Source: a virus
Virus genome (UHGV): UHGV-0251712
Length of the DNA: 16,144 nucleotides
Strand: one strand, 5' to 3'
Both the position numbers and the translations under genes were made by a program. The notes beneath the pieces were generated by a model that saw only the letters and a list, made by a program, of their open reading frames with translations, was not told the DNA's origin and made no database searches. This document shows, one piece after another, positions 6,932-14,823 of this stretch; the stretch's first letter is position 1, and every line of letters begins with the position of its first letter.

Positions 6932-9316
6932 CAACGCATCAGACTTGGCACCCTGAGTAAGGGCGTTAATGGCCTTTTGCGCCTGCTGCATGGCTTTCTC
7001 AAACGCTGTTGATCCGCGTGGGGTGTTTGCCATTCGGAGCATTGCATTTCTGAATGGCTCGCTCTCATAGGCGCGAGTAAGAAGTCCGTAGCTTACTGCT
7101 GCGCCAGTTGTCGCCGGGTTCATTGCCGTCCCATATCCGATAATGAACGGGATGGTTTGCTGCCCTGTTGGTGTTGTTACTGCCGCTTTTGCTGCCTGCT
7201 GAGTGGACTGAAGGTAGTTTTTCAATCCTTTCAGATAAGCGGCTTCCTGACCTTTAAATGTGATGCCAGTCTGGTTTTGCAGGATGTTAAGCTGTCGAAG
7301 GAACTGGTCAGGTGAACCACCTGATTTCTCTATCGCCTTTCCAATAATGCCATTGCGCATTTGCGCTCTTCCAACGCGACCAACTGAGTTATACAGCGTC
7401 TTAATTTCCGATTTGTTCTTGCTGAATAGCATGTTGTTGACAACTTCCGGCGTCAGGTCGCCTTTCATGAGAACATTCTTCAGCCTGGTATTCTTTAGTT
7501 TCGCCGCTTCGTCAGCGTATACGGCATTGGCCTGCTGATATTTACGGAGAGTATCGTTGCCAAGATTCTGACCAATGGCACCATTGATATCGTCTGTCAT
7601 CGCCTTGTAAACGCGCTGAATGGCAGCATCGGAACGGTTTGGTAACACTGGTCGTTCACCCTTCACGTCCATTCTGAACTGGCTGCGCAGATCGCTTAAT
7701 TGCTTCAAATCCAGATTTACCGGACCATCAGGACCAGCATTGCGAACAAGCTCATCACGATATGACTGAAGTTTTGAAATAGTCTCGTTATCAGCAACCT
7801 TACCAAGCTTCTGCAGGTTAGATATTTCTGTATCAATCTGCTGAATTGCTCGCGCAGGCTGAATGTTTACTCCAGCCATAGCATTCTGAACCTGCTCCAG
7901 TCGATTACCGGCGGCACGACGAATTCCTGATGTTTTCGCTTTAAGGCTGTCAATAACAACAGATGGATCATACTCACCGAATTTATCAGCAAATCTCTGC
8001 ACCAACTGGCTTCTCGCTTCCTGTTGCGTTGCTCTCATTCCGCTTGTGCCAGCCAGAGGAATATTTTCTGCTGTAGTCTGCGCCATTTTTCCGACGCGGG
8101 AAGTAGGCTGTAACAGGTCTGTGGTGTGCAGAGGAACTCCTTCACGCTCTGCAAATCTGATAGCTTGCTGTGCTTCTGGCGCGATAGCACCACGAACGCC
8201 ACGATAAGCAGCACCTAATCCACGTCCGGCAGCGTTAATAGCACCGCCAGCAAGTACACCAACGCCTAAATCGGTGGCGAGTGCTTCCGCATCATCTTTC
8301 GCACTATTTGCAGCAAGTGATCCAACTGCGTTTTCTGCTAGAAGGCGAGTTGCCCCCTGAGCAATTCGACCAGCAAGTGTTGGTGCCTGTGCTGCCGCTC
8401 TCTCAACGCCAGCAGGAGTGAGGTAAGGCAATGCTTCAGCAAATACCCTTCCCTCTGTCGTTTGTGGAGTCAGCGCGCCTTGCCGAAGGCCAAAGTCCCG
8501 CTCTAATCCCTGCGTTGTTACTCGTGGTGCTGGTTGATATGTACCATCGCCAATGCCGAGTTTACCGCCAGCCCAAGCCGCCGCGCTTGTTACAGCATCA
8601 GTGAGTTCAGCAGGTATGTTCGCTACGTTGATTCCTGCCTGTAGTATGCCGCGCCCGGTTTCAGCAAGTCCATTACCAAGGTCAGACATTATTCCGCCTT
8701 GCTGCTGAACAGGTTTCGGTGCGACAGAACTTACGGGTTGAGGTGGCTGCTGACTGGCTGCCTGCTGCTCAATCTGAGCAAATGGATTATTTGGGTCTGA
8801 CTGCACACCTGATGCCGATACTTGTTCGGATGACTGTACTTCCAGTTGTGCAAACGGGTTGTTAGGGTCTTGCTGAGGATGTACCTTTGCAGAGGTGGCG
8901 CGCTGTTCGACTGTTGAGTCTGTCACCGGGTCACCCGCCCATTGAGCAAAGCGATCATCAACGTAACCGCGGCCTTCAGGTCCTGGCGTATATTCACCAC
9001 GCTTTGCCTTCATAACGTTGCCGGGACCGTCGTGATAAGCCTGAAGAGCGTCACGCCAGTTACCAAACTGCTGGTACATCTTTGCCAGATAGCGCGCGCC
9101 AGCGTCAGCCTGATATTCGGGGTTTTGCATTTGCTCATCGGTATAACCCATATCACGCCATGTCCCAGGCATGACCTGAGTCAATCCTACAGCCCCGGCG
9201 GAGCTTACTGCGGCAGGGTTGTAAGAAGACTCCTTGGCACCCAGTGCAGTCATCAACCCTTCTGGCACACCGTAACGTGCGCCAGCCTGCTCTAACAAAT
9301 CACGGTAATTAGCCAT
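6923..9316 (-). CDS. DNA-ejection (injection) protein in the gp16 position, with an N-terminal soluble lytic transglycosylase (SLT) domain
   Basis: 797 aa. The N-terminus GAKESSYNPAAVSSAGAVGLTQVMPGTW...AYHDGPGN carries the SLT motifs (catalytic Glu-Ser, GLxQ, AYNxGxG-like). Position is immediately downstream of the gp20-like gene. Confidence 0.8.
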   Translation of the reverse strand: MANYRDLLEQAGARYGVPEGLMTALGAKESSYNPAAVSSAGAVGLTQVMPGTWRDMGYTDEQMQNPEYQADAGARYLAKMYQQFGNWRDALQAYHDGPGNVMKAKRGEYTPGPEGRGYVDDRFAQWAGDPVTDSTVEQRATSAKVHPQQDPNNPFAQLEVQSSEQVSASGVQSDPNNPFAQIEQQAASQQPPQPVSSVAPKPVQQQGGIMSDLGNGLAETGRGILQAGINVANIPAELTDAVTSAAAWAGGKLGIGDGTYQPAPRVTTQGLERDFGLRQGALTPQTTEGRVFAEALPYLTPAGVERAAAQAPTLAGRIAQGATRLLAENAVGSLAANSAKDDAEALATDLGVGVLAGGAINAAGRGLGAAYRGVRGAIAPEAQQAIRFAEREGVPLHTTDLLQPTSRVGKMAQTTAENIPLAGTSGMRATQQEARSQLVQRFADKFGEYDPSVVIDSLKAKTSGIRRAAGNRLEQVQNAMAGVNIQPARAIQQIDTEISNLQKLGKVADNETISKLQSYRDELVRNAGPDGPVNLDLKQLSDLRSQFRMDVKGERPVLPNRSDAAIQRVYKAMTDDINGAIGQNLGNDTLRKYQQANAVYADEAAKLKNTRLKNVLMKGDLTPEVVNNMLFSKNKSEIKTLYNSVGRVGRAQMRNGIIGKAIEKSGGSPDQFLRQLNILQNQTGITFKGQEAAYLKGLKNYLQSTQQAAKAAVTTPTGQQTIPFIIGYGTAMNPATTGAAVSYGLLTRAYESEPFRNAMLRMANTPRGSTAFEKAMQQAQKAINALTQGAKSDALSE

Positions 9317-10648
9317 TTACTGCCCCAAAGATGGAAGATATCCGTAGCGATTAATGAAGTCGATTGACAGCTCGGGGTGCTGCTTCAGGTAATCTATAGA
9401 AGCCTGAGGCGCTTCCACTCGCTTGATACCGTTTTGCTGAACGTACTTACCAACCGCCTCATTACGCTTCTGGTTGAGCGTGTTCAGGATGACGCCAGCG
9501 TTGCGACGAAAGGACTCCTCGCTCTGCGAGTTCTGCAGCGAACCAACAGCCTGGTCGAGCTTTTTGCCCTCGGCATCAGAAAGTGCGCCCATGCCTCGCA
9601 TGGCCTGAACCGCTGTCAGGTATGCTTGGGATTTAAAGGTATCAAGTCGTGCCTGAGTGTCTGCAGCCTGTGAGCCTGGAACGTTGGGGATTACTCCACG
9701 TAAGCCTGTAATGCTCTTAAGTGAAGGAGAACTAACGATATCGTTCAGAGTGAACATGCTGGTTGTGAGGGTGTTGATGCCGTCTTTGTAGCCATCATTT
9801 AGCGCTTGCTGCTTCTGCTGCAACTGCTGGTTGTTGGCTGCTATGCGGCTCTGTATTTCCTGGCGCTTCAGGTCGTTAGTTTCTGCTGATAGCATCCGGT
9901 CAAGGCGCTTATTTTCGTTGTTAATGCGGTTTGTTTCTGCGTCCAGATTAATGCGCTGCTGACCTAAATTCGCCTGGATATCTTGCCCGCGCATTGTGAT
10001 TGCCTGATTCCGAGCGGCGGTTTGCGAATCCAGATCCTGACCGCGCATGGTAACCTGGCGACCCTGCATTTTATCCTGTAGGTCAAAGTATTTTTCGGGT
10101 CCGAGACTGTTCATCCCCAGGTGATCGACAAATTCGCCGAACTGCCGCGGGTTCTGTTGGTACATCTGAGCGACATCCTGAGGATTAACGCCAACACGAG
10201 CTAACTCACCGGCGTTGTTTTGCAGCCATGATTGCATTGCTTCTGGAGACGATGACGCAAGGCGTGCGCCAGCCGCTAAGGTGCCGATAGAATTACGCTG
10301 ATCTTCATCAATGAATCCCATGCCTTTACGAACGGATTCAATCTGTTCTGGATATTGAGTAGCCAACTGACGCAAAGCACCGCGATCACCAGACGCATAA
10401 GCATTAGCGTATGCCTGCTGAAATTCTTTCTGCCGCTGAGCCTGCTTTTCCTGCTGAAACACCCCCGCAATACCTGAAAGGCCTTGCAAAGCAGTCAGCC
10501 CAACATTGTTAGCGCCTGAACGCTCAATATCATTGTTCTGCCTGATAAGCTGAAGCGTATTGCCGATGTCATTTACGCTCGGAGCGTTTGAGTTGACGCC
10601 GCCGATACCAGCCAACAATCCGCCGTTTGTTCCTTGCCAAGTAGCCAT
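9317..10648 (-). CDS. DNA-transfer/ejection protein, P22 gp20-like
   Basis: 443 aa, Gln/Ala-rich and coiled-coil-like. Its stop abuts the start of the downstream gene (9316/9317), and AAGGGG precedes the ATG. Assigned mainly by position in the gp7-gp20-gp16 cluster plus N-terminal resemblance to gp20. Confidence 0.7.
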   Translation of the reverse strand: MATWQGTNGGLLAGIGGVNSNAPSVNDIGNTLQLIRQNNDIERSGANNVGLTALQGLSGIAGVFQQEKQAQRQKEFQQAYANAYASGDRGALRQLATQYPEQIESVRKGMGFIDEDQRNSIGTLAAGARLASSSPEAMQSWLQNNAGELARVGVNPQDVAQMYQQNPRQFGEFVDHLGMNSLGPEKYFDLQDKMQGRQVTMRGQDLDSQTAARNQAITMRGQDIQANLGQQRINLDAETNRINNENKRLDRMLSAETNDLKRQEIQSRIAANNQQLQQKQQALNDGYKDGINTLTTSMFTLNDIVSSPSLKSITGLRGVIPNVPGSQAADTQARLDTFKSQAYLTAVQAMRGMGALSDAEGKKLDQAVGSLQNSQSEESFRRNAGVILNTLNQKRNEAVGKYVQQNGIKRVEAPQASIDYLKQHPELSIDFINRYGYLPSLGQ

Positions 10649-10657
10649 GATTACCCC

Positions 10658-10822
10658 TTAAAACAACGAGCCAAGCAATCCGATACCAGCACCAATGCCA
10701 GCGCCCCAAGGCGTTGATGTTCCCAAAAGGCTGGCAAGACCTGCACCGGCAATCGCACCAGACGTGCCACCGCTAATTGCAGTCTGAAGACTTGATGGTT
10801 TAACCAAAGAGTAGTTGGCTTT
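10658..10822 (-). pseudogene. 3' stub (about 55 codons) of a gp7-position ejection protein gene
   Basis: The Gly/Ala-rich hydrophobic C-terminus ...SLQTAISGGTSGAIAGAGLASLLGTSTPWGAGIGAGIGLLGSLF ends just before the gp20-like gene. The upstream part of track ORF 10658..10855 is antisense ssb. Assignment is by position only. Confidence 0.4.
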
Positions 10823-10835
10823 GGGGTGACGTGAA

Positions 10836-11267
10836 GTGCAGCTGCACGACGGCAACCTGACAATAGCAACGTCAGAACAATGGCGAGATAAAAATACTGG
10901 CGAGCAAAAGGAATTGACTGAATGGCATCGTGTTGCTGTATCCGGGAAACTGGCTGAGGTCGTGGGGCAGTATGTGAAAAAAGGTGATCAGATTTATTTC
11001 GAGGGAATGCTGAGAACCAGAAAGTGGAAAGACCAGTCAGGGCAAGACCGTTACACAACCGAGGTTCATGTCGGAATTAATGGCGTGATGCAAATGCTTG
11101 GCGGCATTGGCGACAGCAAACAACAAGCAGCCAGCAGGCAATCACAGAAGCCACAGCAGCAATCATCACCAGCACAACACAACGAACCTCCGATGGATTT
11201 TGACGACGATATACCCTTTGCACCAGTAACTCTCCCCTTCCCTCGTCACGCTATTCACGCAATTTAA
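10836..11267 (+). pseudogene. ssb: Single-stranded DNA-binding protein lacking roughly the first 25-30 codons of the OB fold
   Basis: ..[70 protein letters not shown]...[11 protein letters not shown] is canonical SSB from about residue 30 onward. An in-frame TGA at 10827-10829 lies upstream, and only a GTG at 10836 is available as a start. Confidence 0.8.
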
Positions 11268-11280
11268 TCAGGAGAAAATC

Positions 11281-11577
11281 ATGCCAGCGCCTCAGTATGG
11301 TGCGGATGACCCGCGCCGCTGTTCCGGCAATTCCGTATCGGAGGTGCTGGATAAATTCAGAAAAAACTACGACCGGATAATGTCGCTACCGCAGGAAACA
11401 AAAGAGGAAAAGGAATTTCGCCACTGTATATGGCTTGCAGAGAAAGAAGAACGAGAGCGAATTTACCAGACATCAATCCGACCATTCCGCAAAGCCACAT
11501 ATACCCACTTCCCTGAATATATCGACCCGCGCCTGCGTAATTACCGCTCACGCTATGGCTCTATCAGTAATGACTGA
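11281..11577 (+). CDS. Hypothetical early-left operon protein (98 aa)
   Basis: GGAGAA SD lies just upstream of the ATG. It follows ssb by 13 bp, and its stop overlaps the next start (ATGACTGA). Confidence 0.55.
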   Translation: MPAPQYGADDPRRCSGNSVSEVLDKFRKNYDRIMSLPQETKEEKEFRHCIWLAEKEERERIYQTSIRPFRKATYTHFPEYIDPRLRNYRSRYGSISND

Positions 11578-11755
11578 GGAATTTACCATGAGAGGACTTG
11601 CATACAATCCCGGCATTCTTCCGGCAGAAATGATTATTCGCCAACGCGTAAAGCCAATGCCATCGAGAGAGGAATTGCTTAAGAGAAATTCTTTTCCGTC
11701 AGTAAATCAAAACAAATATCTGAATGCGATGTGGCGTAAAGGAGGCAAGCAGTGA
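11570..11755 (+). CDS. Hypothetical small protein (61 aa; alternative start 11588 gives 55 aa)
   Basis: The upstream part of track ORF 11435..11755 overlaps the previous gene. The ATG at 11570 overlaps its stop, and the ATG at 11588 has GAGGA 8 nt upstream. Confidence 0.45.
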   Translation: MTEEFTMRGLAYNPGILPAEMIIRQRVKPMPSREELLKRNSFPSVNQNKYLNAMWRKGGKQ

Positions 11756-12051
11756 GTGTATGTCTTATTGATAAACGTCGACGTGGGCAACAAATACCAT
11801 CTGTTGGAATGCCGAATCACACATGGTTTTGCGTACTTGATATCGATGGTATGGATGCGTTGGTTGACACTCGTCATTACTGCGATACCGCAACAGCTAC
11901 TCCGGCGAAAGCAAAGAAAATGGCTGCTCTGATAGAAAACTGGACTCCACCTGATGGTTGGTGCAATGGGAATGATCGAGATTGGCACGAAAAAATGAAG
12001 GGCTATATCTGCGATTTTTTACGTAAATGCAACGGATTCAGGGTGATGTGA
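11752..12051 (+). CDS. Hypothetical Cys/His-rich protein (99 aa)
   Basis: The GTG start overlaps the previous stop (GTGA), suggesting translational coupling. It ends 1 nt before the next ATG. Confidence 0.5.
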   Translation: MSVCLIDKRRRGQQIPSVGMPNHTWFCVLDIDGMDALVDTRHYCDTATATPAKAKKMAALIENWTPPDGWCNGNDRDWHEKMKGYICDFLRKCNGFRVM

Positions 12052-12052
12052 C

Positions 12053-12742
12053 ATGAGCAAGATTGCCTATCAGGCACTGCGTGAAAAGGCAGAGAAAGCA
12101 ACGTGTGGTGTGTGGTCGCTCGAATATGGAGAGGGCCGATTTGATGGTGATGATGCGCTAATTCATCGTGAAGTTGCTGGATATATTCCCATTTGCAGAA
12201 TTGAAGGAGCGCATCCTGAAAGCGGTTTCGATGAAGATTTCCAAATGGAACAGCAGGCCAATGCTGAATTCATCGCAGCAGCCAGTCCAGCTACCGTGCT
12301 GGCACTACTGGATGAACGGGAAAGAAACCAGCAGTACATCAAACGCCGCGACCAGGAGAACGAAGATATTGCGCTAACGGTAGGGAAGCTGCGTGTTGAT
12401 CTGGAAGCCGCAGAGAAGCGCAACGCAAAATTACAAAGCGAGAATGCATACATCCGCAACAGGTACAAAGAACTGGACCTATTAATCGGGAAAAACATTC
12501 TGGTCATGCAGGCTGCCATTATCGAATGGCAATCTACTGGCGACGCTAAAAGCGGACTGGCATGGATTTATAACACACTGTTTGGCCCAGGCGAATTGCC
12601 GGACGAATCTGAGAAAGATGCTCAGGCCTACTTTAATCGCAAAAATGAACCGATTGACGAAAAGCTTATGGAGCTTCACAAGTGGTTTTGGGAACAAAGT
12701 GAAGCCGAGCGTGTCGCTGGCATTCGCATCAAAGGAGAGTGA
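12053..12742 (+). CDS. Ead/Ea22-like family protein
   Basis: The N-terminus ALREKAEKATCGVWSLEYGEG..., a central coiled coil (KLRVDLEAAEKRNAKLQSENAYIRNRYKELD) and the ea-region location match lambdoid Ead/Ea22-like proteins as I remember them. Confidence 0.7.
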   Translation: MSKIAYQALREKAEKATCGVWSLEYGEGRFDGDDALIHREVAGYIPICRIEGAHPESGFDEDFQMEQQANAEFIAAASPATVLALLDERERNQQYIKRRDQENEDIALTVGKLRVDLEAAEKRNAKLQSENAYIRNRYKELDLLIGKNILVMQAAIIEWQSTGDAKSGLAWIYNTLFGPGELPDESEKDAQAYFNRKNEPIDEKLMELHKWFWEQSEAERVAGIRIKGE

Positions 12743-12743
12743 T

Positions 12744-12941
12744 ATGGATAAAAACACCACTGCTTACTGGAATCTGTCACTTGATACCGAATGCCCAAAA
12801 TGCGGTCACAATTTCGATCTGCTTTGTGACGCTGATTTCTGGGAGTTTTCTGGAGCTAAACAGGCATGTGAAGAAATAAAAGGTTACAAAACATGCTGTC
12901 CGGAATGTAACCATGAATTTAAAACAGATTTCATATATTGA
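12744..12941 (+). CDS. Small zinc-ribbon protein (65 aa)
   Basis: MDKNTTAYWNLSLDTECPKCGHNF...CCPECNHEF has two CxxC pairs. The ATG at 12744 has GGAGAG upstream. The N-terminal part of track ORF 12582..12941 overlaps the Ea22-like gene and is discounted. Confidence 0.55.
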   Translation: MDKNTTAYWNLSLDTECPKCGHNFDLLCDADFWEFSGAKQACEEIKGYKTCCPECNHEFKTDFIY

Positions 12942-12951
12942 GGCATAACAA

Positions 12952-13398
12952 ATGACCACTATTACCAAAGAACGTATTGAATTGTTCATTAAAAATCCGC
13001 TTGAAAACGGGCTTACTCGTGGCGAACAAATGGAACTGGCACGAATTGCACTGGCATCACTGGAACGCGAACTGATTCGCCACGAGCATGCCAAATGGTC
13101 TGACTCCACATTTGGCTGCGTTGGCCCCATTGGTCCACTGAAACACCTCTCAAAAGAGACACTGGAAGCCGCAGCCGAACCAGACGATCTTAGCGAGTGG
13201 GCTGATATGCAGTTTCTGTTGTGGGATGCACAGCGCCGTGCTGGCATCAGCGATGCTGAAATTACCGCTGCTATGGAAGATAAATTGAAGATCAACATGG
13301 AGCGCCAGTGGCCTGAGCCAAAAGATGGTGAGCCTCGCTTGCACATTAAAGAACTCGGCAACTCTCCGGTAATTCCGGATGGTTCGGATGATGGTTAA
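12952..13398 (+). CDS. DUF550 / MazG-like dATP-dGTP pyrophosphohydrolase-domain protein
   Basis: HEHAKWSDSTFG...GPLKHLSKETLEAAAEPDDLSEWADMQFLLWDAQRRAGISDAEITAAMEDKLKINMERQWPEP matches the DUF550 pattern common in lambdoid ea regions, as I remember it. Confidence 0.6.
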   Translation: MTTITKERIELFIKNPLENGLTRGEQMELARIALASLERELIRHEHAKWSDSTFGCVGPIGPLKHLSKETLEAAAEPDDLSEWADMQFLLWDAQRRAGISDAEITAAMEDKLKINMERQWPEPKDGEPRLHIKELGNSPVIPDGSDDG

Positions 13399-13433
13399 CC
13401 ATTTTTGATGTAAAAACATCCTTCTCTGAGGGC

Positions 13434-13462
13434 TTGCTCCTCAATAAGTTTGGTTTTATAAT
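13434..13462 (+). promoter_or_regulatory. Candidate sigma70 promoter for the NYN cassette
   Basis: TTGCTC (13434-13439), a 17-nt spacer, then a perfect TATAAT (13457-13462), about 85 nt upstream of the NYN ORF. Sequence inspection only. Confidence 0.4.
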
Positions 13463-13547
13463 TACGCGCAATGAAGGTGGGCGGTTCGCTACTATACAAG
13501 AGGGGTGTACCCCGCGAACTTAACCCACCACCACTTTCCTCTCTACT

Positions 13548-14195
13548 ATGAATTGCAAATCAATGACCAGAAAATATGCCATCATGATCGATGCTGGTTT
13601 TTTGCGTGCAAAATTAGGCACAAAAGATAAGCCAATCGATGCGGAAGTAATCAAAGTATTTGTAGAAAAACTAACAAAAAGGCATGAACTAGAAGGCATG
13701 ATTTTGCACCGTGTTTATTATTACGATGCAGAGCCGCTTACCGGAATACAGACGCATCCGATTAGTGGAGAGAAAATTGACTTCTCTGAAACAGAAGTTT
13801 CTAAAAGAAATAAAGCCATGCTTGATGAGTTGAAAAGAACTCCTTTTTTTGCAGTAAGACTTGGAGAGACAAACTTTCGAGGATGGAAGGTTGACCCATG
13901 GGCATTAAAGAGCAGTGACTCTAAAACTTCTTCCATTAATGCCTACAATGTTAAGCCTAATGTTCAGCAGAAAGGCGTTGATATGCGTATTGCGTTAGAT
14001 ATGTCATCAATGTCATTAAAAAAACAGGCAGATATATATGCTTTGGTGACTGGTGATTCAGATTTTGTTCCAATTATAAAATTTGCTAGGAAAGAAGGCC
14101 GACAGATTTTTCTATACACACTGGGACATAGTGTCAAGCAGACGATGTATGAACATTCCGATTTGTTAGTGCCAGATACCATGGATAAATTGTGA
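13548..14195 (+). CDS. NYN/LabA-like (PIN-fold) ribonuclease-domain protein, 215 aa (alternative start 13563)
   Basis: The motifs AIMIDAGF (N-terminal Asp), QQKGVDMRIALDM and ALVTGDSDFVPIIKFARKEGRQIF are the conserved acidic motifs of NYN/DUF88 domains. The gene is clearly more AT-rich than the flanking ea genes. Confidence 0.75.
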   Translation: MNCKSMTRKYAIMIDAGFLRAKLGTKDKPIDAEVIKVFVEKLTKRHELEGMILHRVYYYDAEPLTGIQTHPISGEKIDFSETEVSKRNKAMLDELKRTPFFAVRLGETNFRGWKVDPWALKSSDSKTSSINAYNVKPNVQQKGVDMRIALDMSSMSLKKQADIYALVTGDSDFVPIIKFARKEGRQIFLYTLGHSVKQTMYEHSDLLVPDTMDKL

Positions 14196-14374
14196 TTGGA
14201 GCTAGGAATAGGTTAGCCGCGCCTTAATAGATGATCCATTCTGGCAGAAAAAGAACACAAAGAAGTAGCCTAAGTGCCCCCAACTGCATTTACACCCAGG
14301 CCCTCATTGCGGGTCTTTCTATTTACAGAGATGGCTGAGCAGAACGCCAAGAACTGACAACCTGAACGAATACG

Positions 14375-14400
14375 AACCCGCCTAGTGCGGGTTTTCTTTT
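14375..14400 (+). terminator. Intrinsic terminator T1
   Basis: AACCCGC-CTAGT-GCGGGTT stem-loop followed by TTTTCTTTT. Confidence 0.7.
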
Positions 14401-14405
14401 ATCTG

Positions 14406-14430
14406 AACTCGCTACGGCGAGTTTTGTTTT
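14406..14430 (+). terminator. Intrinsic terminator T2 (tandem to T1)
   Basis: AACTCGC-TACG-GCGAGTT stem-loop followed by TTTTGTTTT. It is a paralogous copy of T1 with compensatory stem changes. Confidence 0.7.
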
Positions 14431-14442
14431 ATGGAGATGATT

Positions 14443-14742
14443 ATGGCCTGTTCAACATTCAACCATTTAACGTTACAGAAATACCAGCCAGACCCTGAAG
14501 ATTTATGCTCACTGTGTGGCGGAAATCATGGTAAAGCCGCCATGATCGAATGTAAGGACAAAATCCACATTTGCCTTAATTGCGTTGATGTCCTCGTTGA
14601 TATCAAAAATGAGAGAGAAGATAAAAAGCGTAGCGAGGCTATTCGCGCATTAGATTCATGGATGCGAGATGGGTATAGTGCTGCGCAAATTTATGACTTC
14701 GCAATATCAAAAGGCGAAATACCAGGAGTGCGCATCGAATAA
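14443..14742 (+). CDS. Cys-rich (zinc-finger-like) protein with a possible C-terminal HTH, 99 aa (track start 14431)
   Basis: CSLCGG...CLNCVD are paired CxxC motifs. The C-terminal GYSAAQIYDFAISKGEIPGVRIE looks Xis/HTH-like. GGAGA lies about 5 nt before the ATG at 14443. No family recognised. Confidence 0.5.
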   Translation: MACSTFNHLTLQKYQPDPEDLCSLCGGNHGKAAMIECKDKIHICLNCVDVLVDIKNEREDKKRSEAIRALDSWMRDGYSAAQIYDFAISKGEIPGVRIE

Positions 14743-14782
14743 GACGTAACCAATATTCGAATTGAAGAACTGAAAGAACACC

Positions 14783-14808
14783 AAGCCGCCTGATGGCGGT
14801 TTCTTTTT
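14783..14808 (+). terminator. Intrinsic terminator T3
   Basis: AGCCGCC-TGAT-GGCGGTT stem-loop (one G-U pair) followed by TCTTTTT. Confidence 0.6.
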
Positions 14809-14823
14809 GCCTGGAGAATTAAG

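Noticed and set aside
10651-11058. 135-aa minus-strand ORF
   Set aside because: It is entirely antisense to the well-supported ssb reading frame and has low-complexity composition, so it is spurious.
11281-13398. Overlapping stop/start codons (ATGA, GTGA) along the ea operon as something unusual
   Set aside because: This is ordinary translational coupling, typical of phage early operons.
13476-13533. tRNA fragment or att site (ends ..CCCACCACCA; contains GGTTCGC)
   Set aside because: It has no 7-nt T-loop, no cloverleaf and the wrong stem lengths. I treated it as a leader stem-loop instead.
14231-14338. 35-aa basic ORF (MIHSGRKRTQRSS...) in the NYN 3' UTR as a candidate antitoxin
   Set aside because: It has no Shine-Dalgarno sequence and no recognisable fold or family, so it cannot be supported from sequence alone.
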